DNA of 64,000 nt from Octopus sinensis (taxonomy: Eukaryota). The notes beneath the pieces are model-generated. The model saw nothing but the letters and a program-made list of their open reading frames with translations. It did no database searches and was not told the DNA's origin. Each line of letters opens with the position of its first letter. The stretch's first letter is position 1. Of the stretch, positions 1-9,407 are shown piece by piece. The position numbers and the translations under genes are program-made. The stretch is taken from contig NC_042997.1 of NCBI RefSeq assembly GCF_006345805.1, positions 115,816,001 to 115,880,000 on the forward strand, read 5' to 3'.

Positions 1-311
1 AGATACAATAGTGGTCGCCAGATTTGATATGTAGATACCGCCGGTATCAGGGCGTGTATAAGTCTTGAAAAAATTACAAAAATCGATTCCAGGTGAGAAT
101 GCGATCGATAAAGCCGTGGGAAATCGTTTTTCTGTGGAATAGAAAAAAAAGTCTATCTTTATTTCTTCTTTTGCTGCTGTCTCAAATTCAGGTTAAATCA
201 GTGTTTCTGAAAGGGGCGGCCTATGGGAAGGTCGGACAAGTTGTTTTGAGAAAATTTGGTTTAAATGTTTGACAACTCAGTACCGTTCATTGAACGAGAG
301 GCGTTTTGCTC

Positions 312-356
<45 letters not shown>

Positions 357-1533
357 CACACACATATGTATATATATAGAGAGAGGGGGGAGGGAGAGAG
401 TAAGAGAGAGAGAGGAGAGAGAGAGCAAATGTGTAATGTTAGTGTGCACACACGACAGAGTGTAAGCGCCCTGAGAGAAATGTTAGACATGTGGCGTGTA
501 AGAGAGACGTTTGTGTTGGTATGGTCATGTACTGCAGATGGACGAGGAGAGCTGTGTGACAAAGTGTCACTCCCTAACAGTGGAAGGAGTCCGGGGTAGA
601 GGGAAACCAAGGAAGATATGGGATGATGTGGTGAAGCATGACCTTCGAACGTTGGGCCTCACAGAGGCAATGACAAAAGACCGAGACCTCTGGAGGTATG
701 CTGTGACTGAGAAGACCCGGCAAATAAAGTGAGTCTACAGCCGTAACCTACACCAGTGTCACATAACCAGCCCACTCAAAAGTACCTTGGATCGTAGGGC
801 AACATGCCGTGCTTGAGGAGACCTATTGAGTCAAGTACATGAACATCAGCAATATCAAAATCAAATCAAATGGAAATTGCAGTTGTGAGCCCCGTACCAG
901 TAGCACGTAAAAAGTACCATCCGAACGTGGCTGATACCAGTGCTGCCTTGACTGGCTTCCATACCGTTGGCACATAAAAAGCACCATCCGATCGTGGTCG
1001 ATGCCAGTTCCTCTGGCCTCTGTACAGGTCGCACGTAAAAAGCACTCACCACACTCGGAGTGGTTGGCGTTAGAAAGGCATCCAGCTGTAGAAACACTGC
1101 CAGATCCGATCGGGGCCTTGTGCAGCCTCTTGGCTTCCCAGATCCTAGTCGAACCGTCCAACCCACGCCAGCATGGAAAACGGACGTTAAACGATAATGA
1201 TGATGATGATGATATATATATTTTCTTTTATTCTTTTACTTGTTTCAGTTATTTGACTGCGGCCATCCTGGAGCACCGCCTTTAGTCGAACAAATCAACC
1301 TCAGGTATTATTCTTTGTAAGCCTAGTACTTATTCTATTAGTCACTTAAGCTGAACCGCTAGGTTACGGGGGACGTAAACACACCAACATCGATTGTCAA
1401 GCGATGGTGGGGGACAAATACAGACACCAAAATATATACATACGTAGATACATACATACATATATACATATACATACATACATACATACATACATGCATA
1501 CATACATGCATACACACACCACACACACCACAC

Positions 1534-1545
<12 letters not shown>
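1..1545 (+). repeat. Copy 1 of a ~1.55-kb direct duplication (copy 2 at 4424-~5990)
   Basis: AGATACAATAGTGGTCGCCAG... at position 1 recurs at 4424. The two copies are collinear through unique DNA, the RTE fragment and the SINE 3' half, and differ mainly by 1-nt indels. Confidence 0.95.
429..1213 (+). mobile_element. RTE-clade LINE 3' fragment (ORF2 C-terminus, 3' UTR, (ATG)n tail)
   Basis: Translation ...WYGHVLQMDEESCVTKC...VEGVRGRGKPRKIWDDVVKHDLRTLGLTEAMTKDRDLWRYAV matches the RTE C-terminal pattern (W.GHV.R...G.R.RGRP.K.W.D.V..DL...DR..WR). The UTR has three GCAC(G/A)TAAAAAG repeats and ends in a GAT repeat tail. Confidence 0.85.
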
Positions 1546-1578
<33 letters not shown>

Positions 1579-1988
1579 GTGTGTTGGGGAGACACACACA
1601 GACACACAAACATATACATACACATATAATATATATATATATATTATATGTGTGGTGTAATATTTGAGTGTCTGTGTTTGTCCCCACACATCGCTTGACA
1701 ACCGATGCTGGTGTGTTTACGTCCCCGTCACATAGCCGTTCGGCAAGAGAGAGACGATAGAATAAGTACTAGGCTTTTCAGACTAAAGGCGATGCTCCAG
1801 CATAGCCGCAGTCATATATATATATACGACGGGCTTCTTTCAGTTTCCGTCTACCAAATCCACTCACAAGGCTTTGGTCGGCTCGAGGCTATAGAGAAGA
1901 CACTTGCCCAAGGTGCCATGTAGTGGGACTGAACCCGGAATTATGTGGTTGGTAAGCAAGCTACTTACCACACAGCCACACCTACGCC
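1221..1988 (-). mobile_element. SINE family A (tRNA head, internal microsatellite), with an inverted 3' half nested inside
   Basis: 3' half at 1221-1430, microsatellite, then 5' half at 1826-1988 with an A-box-like TGGCTGTGTGG and a B-box-like GGTTCAGTCCC on the minus strand. Confidence 0.85.
1668..1814 (+). mobile_element. SINE family A 3' half, inverted relative to its host copy
   Basis: Reverse complement of 1221-1430: CATCGCTTGACAACCGATGCTGGTGTGTTTACGTCCCCG...ATGCTCCAGCATAGCCGCAGTCA. Confidence 0.85.
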
Positions 1989-2408
1989 AATATTTTGTTT
2001 CTAAATACAAGACTTTACCTGTTTTTTACTCTCCACTTCCTTATACATCGTTTTCACAATTGCAATTTTCCTGTTTAATGAGAGATTTCCTTCCTTAGTA
2101 ACTTAAACAATACAATAAATGGCAGCGTTGTAACGACTGACATTTCTTGAGGGGCCATTTGATGGATATCATTAGGCCTTACCACCTTCTAAAGAGTTAA
2201 ATTCCTTAAGATTTTCTTGACTTCCCCTTTCTTTTCGTGGTTCACTGGAAATTCCTTGTACTTTTTAAATTATAGTAAAACATTTCAGCTTAAGCAATCG
2301 ATAAAACAACATTAATAATCATAACATATCGAATTTAAAATTAGTTTTGACAAACTATTATTATATATATATATATATATATTAAAGTGAAATCTGGTAA
2401 CTAGACGT

Positions 2409-2480
2409 GGCTCGTTGGTCTAGGGGTATGATTCTCGCTTTGGGTGCCCAGAGTCCCGGGTTCGAATCCCGGTCGAGCCC
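2409..2480 (+). tRNA. tRNA-Pro-TGG: tRNA-Pro(TGG)-like gene with a disrupted anticodon stem (pseudogene or consensus error)
   Basis: 72 nt, GGCTCGTTGGTCTAGGGGTATGATTCTCGC-TTTGGGT-GCCCAGAGTCCCGGGTTCGAATCCCGGTCGAGCCC. The 3' anticodon-stem strand reads GCCCA instead of GCGAG. A and B boxes are intact and T-runs follow. Confidence 0.85.
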
Positions 2481-3106
2481 TTTCGTAAAGTTGAATATTT
2501 TATATTACTTTTTTTTGTATTCTAAAATAAATGGGACGTGCCTAATAATGCAACAATTGATGTCTCTTTAAAGGCACTTAATCTGCATGATGGGGGTCAT
2601 CTTTATGGCACTTTAGGTTCCACTCTACAGCAATTTGGAGGGGGAAACAAACTATAAGTAACTGACTTGAAGAGATTTTGAAATTGTCAGAATTAAACGT
2701 ATGTGTGTGTGTGTGTGTGTGTATGTGCACAGTTATATGTGCAGTTGTTTGTATGTGTGCATGTATGTATAGGTGCATAAGTGTGTGTGTGTGTATTTTT
2801 GCAAAAAGTTTCCTAGTCTTCACAGATATTGACGATTAACACACCGTGAATCAAGTATATACTTAATTAACAATTACGAAGAAATTGTTTAATTACACAA
2901 CAGTTAAAAGCATATTCGAGTCAGTACCTCGTAGTTTTTTTACTTCCAAATTGCAGTGGGACCGAAATTGAATTAGTGATGCGAAACACATGAAAAATAG
3001 ATGAAATGCCTTTTAAAATTCCATCATGGGGTAGCATAGTCTGGCATAATCTATTTACTTCAAAATACATACAAAAAATTTAAGTTACAAAATATAAAAC
3101 GATGTT

Positions 3107-3178
3107 AGGCTCGTCCGGGATTTGAACCCGGGAACCTCTCGCACCCAACGCAGAATCATACCCCTAGACCAACGAGCC
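3107..3178 (-). tRNA. tRNA-Pro-TGG: tRNA-Pro(TGG)-like gene with anticodon-arm indels (pseudogene or consensus error)
   Basis: Minus strand reads GGCTCGTTGGTCTAGGGGTATGATTCTGCGTTGGGTGCGAGAGGTTCCCGGGTTCAAATCCCGGACGAGCCT. It has a lesion in the 5' anticodon strand and an extra T before the T arm, with a TTTT terminator downstream. Confidence 0.85.
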
Positions 3179-3602
3179 ACTTCTTGTTAAAAGTTTCAGA
3201 TTAATATAGATATATAAAGAAAAAAAGTTTGTCATAAAGAAGAGAAAGTTTGTCAACACTCATTTTTTACAATATTTTAATATGTCATTATTATTATTAT
3301 TAATATTATCATTGCAGAATAATGGATTGCAAATTAATATAATTTTAAACAATTTTCTTCTATGATTAAAAATAAAGAAAAAAAAGACTTCCATTGAGCA
3401 ACTCACACACACCACCACCACCACTACCACCACCACATCTTGTAGTGATGCTTACCAAAGTTTGACACTTATTTCTTCAAAACACTGCCACGTTGCAACA
3501 CAGTATTCTTCGTCTGTAAAAATGCTGACTTTGATAGTTTCATTAAACGCCATCTTTCCCTTCCTCGCCATCTCGCCTCCCTGCCTCCTCTCCTCCTCTT
3601 CT

Positions 3603-3640
<38 letters not shown>

Positions 3641-3788
3641 TCTCTCTCTTTCTCTCCCCTCACGGTATTTCACACTTCCTCTTTTCCTTTCAATGTCAAT
3701 ATGTGTATATATAACTAAATACTTTGACAACTCCCACATACAACCGCGTCATACATATAAAATATGAATACGTGAGTATGTATGTACG

Positions 3789-3844
<56 letters not shown>

Positions 3845-4105
3845 CGCGCACGCGCGCGTGTCTGTGTCTTATGCGTGTGTCTGTACATATATCAATGCGT
3901 ATATGTATAAAATATCTGCAACTGTAAATATTACAAAAATATAAGTTATATATGCATGTATAAATTTAAAACTTATAAAATATATAAATGCATATTTTTA
4001 AGAAATAAATGTGAAGAGAGACAAAAATATCAAATAATAGAAATATAGACAACATTAAATTCATACTCGTACATGATAATTATTTTGATTAATACTTATG
4101 TGAGC

Positions 4106-4177
4106 GGCTCGTTGGTCTAGAGGTATGATTCTCGCTTAGGGTGCGAGAGGTCCCGGGTTCAATTCCCGGGCGAGCCC
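4106..4177 (+). tRNA. tRNA-Pro-AGG: tRNA-Pro(AGG), intact
   Basis: Canonical 72-nt cloverleaf with CTCGC-TTAGGGT-GCGAG anticodon arm and a T-run terminator about 6 nt downstream. Confidence 0.97.
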
Positions 4178-4270
4178 ACGCATTTTTTTTTAATTTTTTG
4201 ATAATTTGCATACATGTAAATTACACTAAAGAAACGTTATTTTCCCAGATTTCGCGTCCCCTATCTCTTC

Positions 4271-4322
<52 letters not shown>

Positions 4323-4423
4323 CGCTCTCTCTCTCTCTCTCCTGTTCATGTTCCAAACCCACAGGGTTTGCTGATCCTAGATCTTCATACCGAAGTCGGA
4401 AGCTTCTTCATGTTTCTTGAGAA

Positions 4424-4729
4424 AGATACAATAGTGGTCGCCAGATTTGATATGTAGATACCGGCCGGTATCAGGGGTGTGATAAGTCTTGAAAAAATTA
4501 CAAAAATCGATTCCAGGTGAGAATGCGATCGATAAAGCCGTGGGAAATCGTTTTTCTGTGGAATAGAAAAAAAAGTCTATCTTATTTCTTCTTTTGCTGC
4601 TGTCTCAAATTCAGGTAAATCAGTGTTTCTGAAAGGGGCGGCCTATGGGAAGTCGGACAAGTTGTTTTGAGAAAATTGGTTAAATGTTTGACACTCAGTA
4701 CCGTTCATTGAACGAGAGGCGTTTTGCTC

Positions 4730-4770
<41 letters not shown>

Positions 4771-5935
4771 GTATATACACACACATATGTATATATATAG
4801 AGAGAGGGGGGAGGGAGAGAGTAAGAGAGAGAGAGGAGAGAGAGAGCAAATGTGTAATGTTAGTGTGCAACACACGACAGAGTGTAAGCGCCCTGAGAGA
4901 AATGTTAGACATGTGGCGTGTAAGAGAGACGTTTGGTGGTATTATGGTCATGTACTGCAGATGGACGAGGAGAGCTGTGTGACAAAGTGTCACTCCCTAA
5001 CAGTGGAAGGAGTCAGGGGTAGAGGGAAACCAAGGAAGATATGGGATGATGTGGTGAAGCATGACCTTCGAACGTTGGGCCTCACAGAGGCAATGACAAA
5101 AGACCGAGACCTCTGGAGGTATGCTGTGACTGAGAAGACCCGGCAAATAAAGTGAGTCTACAGCCGTAACCTACACCAGTGTCACATAACCAGCCCACTC
5201 AAAAGTACCTTGGATCGTAGGGCAACATGCCGTGCTTGAGGAGACCTATTGAGTCAAGTACATGAACATCAGCATATCAAAATCAAATCAAATGGAAATT
5301 GCAGTTGTGAGCCCCGTACCAGTAGCACGTAAAAAGTTACCATCCGAACGTGGCTGATACCAGTGCTGCCTTGACTGGCTTCCATACCGTTGGCACATAA
5401 AAAGCACCATCCGATCGTGGTCGATGCCAGTTCCTCTGGCCTCTGTACATGGTCGCACGTAAAAAGCACTCACCACACTCGGGGAGTGGTTGGCGTTAGA
5501 AAGGCATCCAGCTGTAGAAACACTGCCAGATCCGATCGGTGGCCTTGTGCAAGCCTCTTGGCTTCCCAGATCCTAGTCGAACCGTCCAACCCACGCCAGC
5601 ATGGAAAACGGACGTTAAACGATATAATGATGATGATGATGATATATATTTTCTTTTATTCTTTTACTTGTTTCAGTTATTTGACTGCGGCCATCCTGGA
5701 GCACCGCCTTTAGTCGAACAAATCAACCTCAAGGTATTATTCTTTGTAAGCCTAGTACTTTTCTATTAGTCACTTAAGCTGAACCGCTAGGTTACGGGGG
5801 ACGTAAACACACCAACATCGATTGTCAGCGATGGTGGGGGACAAATACAGACACCAAAATATATACATACGTAGATACATACATACATATATACATATAC
5901 ATACATACATACATACATACATGCATACATACATG

Positions 5936-5990
<55 letters not shown>
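4424..5990 (+). repeat. Copy 2 of the ~1.55-kb direct duplication
   Basis: Collinear with 1-1545 at an offset of 4423 bp. Confidence 0.95.
4850..5643 (+). mobile_element. RTE-clade LINE 3' fragment (duplicate of 429-1213)
   Basis: Same peptide (GHVLQMDEE...DRDLWRYAVTEKTRQIK*) and the same UTR and GAT tail. Confidence 0.85.
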
Positions 5991-6027
<37 letters not shown>

Positions 6028-6756
6028 ATATTATATATATTTATATATATATATATATATATATACAAGATAAGAAAATGGAGAAATACATCTAAATCAA
6101 ATATCAATTACCAGATAATACCCAATCACATACTTTATTAAACCACCACCTAAGAGACTGTAGGGTTAGATATAAAAGCAGAATAAATCAGTGTACATAA
6201 ATGAATGTACATAAAAAAGTGTACATTACTGATTTGTTCTGCTTTTATATCTAACCCTGTAGTCTCTTATGCGGTGGTTTAATAAAGTATGTGATTGAGT
6301 ATTATCTGGTAATTGATATTTGATTTAGATGTATTTCTCCATTTTCTTATCTTGTATTAGTAATTTGTGGTAAATCATTTTACCTTTGCCCATATAATAC
6401 AGTAAATGAATTGATTGCATCGCAATCATTAACATTTATGTATTAACTCTGTTGGGTACTTCACTAGCAGTATAATGGATATATGTTATCCCATGGAGTG
6501 TTGCATTTACAACCCCTGTCTCAATTTGTATATATATATATATATATATATATATTTCATTTTAATCTAGTTTTAGCTCATGAGCTGTGGCCATGCTGGG
6601 GCACCACGGGCTTCTTTCAGTTTCTGTCTACCAAATCCACTCACAAGGCTTTGGTCGGTCCGAAGTTATAGTAGAAGACACTTGCCCAAGGTGCCACACG
6701 GTGGGACTGAACCCGGAACCATGTGGTTGGCAAGCAAGCTTATACCACACAGCCAC
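5649..6756 (-). mobile_element. SINE family A with a ~750-bp expanded centre containing a foldback element
   Basis: 3' half at 5649-5860 and 5' half at 6606-6756 in the same orientation, separated by microsatellites and the 6063-6357 hairpin. Confidence 0.75.
6063..6357. mobile_element. ~295-bp foldback (MITE-like) element at a (TA)n array
   Basis: ATACAAGATAAGAAAATGGAGAAATACATCTAAATC... is the reverse complement of ...GATTTAGATGTATTTCTCCATTTTCTTATCTTGTAT. Arms are ~130 bp with scattered mismatches. Confidence 0.85.
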
Positions 6757-7379
6757 ACAAACACACACATATACACTATATTATCTCTTTCTGTCTCTCT
6801 TTCTATATATAGAGAGGGGGAGGTCAGAAAAGGAGAGAGCCAACCTCAATACTATATTGGTAATTGGTACTTAAAATACCGAAAGGGGGAAGACAAAGCT
6901 GACCTTGACAGGAATTGATCTCAGACATTGGTGAGGTTAAAAGACAAAGTCGACTTCGACGACATTTGTACCCAAAGCGAGAAAGAGCTGTGCACAAAAT
7001 GTCGCGAGGAATGTTGCCCGATGCTCTACCGATTCTGCCACACACAGACATTCGGGATCGCATCTAGAGGAGGGTTACTCGCTAGTCAATCACCTATGGA
7101 TCTGCTACCCGCTCTGGCCCACGATTATGCCGTCTCTTCTTTCTGTCATTTACCTCACAACTATAATGGCGTCTGTTCATCGGCGCTGGTTGGTATCGTA
7201 CTTCGCACTTAATCCACTACTACTCTCTCCACTTCTCATCACCATTGGGTTGTCCAACCGCCCCACTAGCCCCACATTAACCGTTAATTCCAATCCTTTC
7301 TCCACTGAACATCTTCCCTTTGGAATATTTCCAAGTTCATATCTTTCCTACAGGCGTTGACCTGAAATGGTTTAAACAA

Positions 7380-7597
7380 GATATTGGTTTCAAATTTGGC
7401 AAAAGGCCTGCAATTTCGGGAGGGTTGAGTCGGTTACATCAACTCCCAGTGCTCAACTGGTACTTATTTTATCGACCCCGAAAGGATTAAAGGTAAAGTC
7501 GACCCCGGCAGAATTTGGACTCAGAATTTAAAGGTGGGCTAAATGTTTAGCAGCTTTTCGTCCGATGGGCTAACGATTCTGCCAGTTCGCCTCCTTA
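7380..7597 (-). mobile_element. SINE family B (GGCGGCGAGCTGGCAGAA tRNA-like head), diverged copy
   Basis: Reverse complement of the family B head and the TTTCATCCTTTCGGGGTCGATAAAATAAGTACCAG core. Confidence 0.75.
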
Positions 7598-7656
7598 GTT
7601 TCAACGAAATATTAACATCAAGCCCACCAGTTTTTTCTTCAATATATTTGACATAT

Positions 7657-8050
7657 AAAGGCGGCGAGCTGGCAGAAATGTTAGCACGCCGGACGAAATG
7701 CTTAGCGGTATTTCGTCTGCCGTTACGTTCTGAGTTCAAATTCCGCCGAGGTCGACTTTGCCTTTCATCCTTTCGGGGTCGATTAAAATATATACCAGTT
7801 ACGCACTGTGGTCGATATAATCGACTTAATCCGTTTGTCTGTCTTTGTTTGTCCTCTCTGTGTTTAGCCCCTTGTGGGTAGTAAAGAAATAGGTATTTCG
7901 TCTGCCTTTACGTTCTGAGTTCAAATTCAGTCAGGTCGACTCTGCCTTTCATCATTTCGGAATTTAGTACCAGTTGCGTACTGGGGTTGATCTAATCAAC
8001 TGCCCCATCTACCCAAAAATTTCGGGCCTTATGCCTAGAGTAAGAAAAGG
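7657..8050 (+). mobile_element. SINE family B, dimeric form
   Basis: A box in GAGCTGGCAGAA..TTAGCACG and B box TGAGTTCAAATTCC. The B-box/core module occurs twice. Confidence 0.85.
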
Positions 8051-8065
8051 ATACATTTGACGCAT

Positions 8066-8465
8066 AAAGGTGGCGAGCTGGCAGAAACGTTACCACGCCG
8101 AGCGAAATGCTTATCGCTATTTTGTCTGCCGCTACGTTCTGAGTTCAAATTCCGCCGAGGTCGACTTTGCCTTTCATCCTTTAGGGGTCGATTAAATAAG
8201 TACCAGTTACACACTGAGGTCGATATAATCGACTTAATCCGTTTGTCTGTCCTTGTTTGTCCTCTCTGTGTTTAGCCCCTTGTGGGTAATAAAAGAAATA
8301 GGTATTTCGTCTCTCTTTACGTTCTGAATTCAAATTCAGTCAGGTTGACGTTGCCTTTCATCCTTTCAGGGTCGATAAATTAAGTACCAGTTGCGTACTG
8401 AGATTGATCTAATCGACTGGCCCTCTCCCCAAATATTTCAGGCCTTATGCCTAGAACAGACAAGA
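8066..8465 (+). mobile_element. SINE family B, dimeric form (second tandem copy)
   Basis: Collinear with 7657-8050 but with many substitutions. Confidence 0.85.
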
Positions 8466-8516
8466 ATATTATTGACATATATCAAAATTATGATCCAAAC
8501 GAAAAAAAAAGTCAAT

Positions 8517-8588
8517 GGGCTCGTCCGGGAATTGAACCCGGGGCCTCTCGCACCCTAAGCGAGAATCATACCTCTAGACCAACGAGCC
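8517..8588 (-). tRNA. tRNA-Pro-AGG: tRNA-Pro(AGG), intact
   Basis: Minus strand reads GGCTCGTTGGTCTAGAGGTATGATTCTCGCTTAGGGTGCGAGAGGCCCCGGGTTCAATTCCCGGACGAGCCC, with a T9 terminator at 8502-8510. Confidence 0.97.
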
Positions 8589-9084
8589 ACTTACGTCCAG
8601 CCAGCTTGAAATTATTCTGAAATACCATTAAATCTGACATAGTCTATATTTGTATTATTGGGATATTTTTGTCTCTTTACACATTTTTTTTTTCAAATAT
8701 GCGTTCGTATATATATTATAAACGCCCGAACTGGATCCTCGCTACCGGATGTCTTTTGTGATCGGGCTCATAAATCACTTCCTACGCCCTTAAGAATAAA
8801 AGGGCACATCACATCATATAGGCCCTTATTAGGGTTTATCTGCAAGGACCGATTTTGTGCATAATCAGGTAGAATATAATATTATATTTCAAATGGTGTG
8901 GAAGTAGTTTTTAAGCACGGACACATAGGCACATATATGTGAATGGAGGATATGAAGCAACCAGTGGTGGTCTACATGTTCAATGAGCTTCCGCACAGTT
9001 TCCGACCAGGACATTCCATTCAGACAATCTCATTAGGAATTGATATTCTTATCCTGTTATATATGAAGTATTTCTTGAAACACG

Positions 9085-9126
<42 letters not shown>

Positions 9127-9177
9127 CACACAAGTAGTGGTCACATACATTGTAAAACTTTAATTGTGACAACTTGT

Positions 9178-9178
9178 A

Positions 9179-9236
<58 letters not shown>

Positions 9237-9325
9237 CCTATCTACGTATCTATCTACCTATCTATCCATCTATCAACCTATCTATCTATCTATCTATCTA
9301 TCTACCTATCTATCTACCTATCTAC

Positions 9326-9377
<52 letters not shown>

Positions 9378-9407
9378 ATCTATCTATCTACCTATCTACG
9401 TATCTAT
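9178..9407. repeat. (TATC)n microsatellite with variant units; left flank of the Tx1-like element
   Basis: Direct reading; variant units TACC, TACG, CATC and AACC. Confidence 0.98.

Noticed and set aside
4365-4516. Exon-like signals on both strands (plus: CACAG|GG...CCAG|GTGAGA; minus: 4391-4487)
   Set aside because: The plus-strand exon has stops in all three frames. The minus-strand exon has two open frames with no recognisable homology, and the duplicate copy has frameshifting indels.
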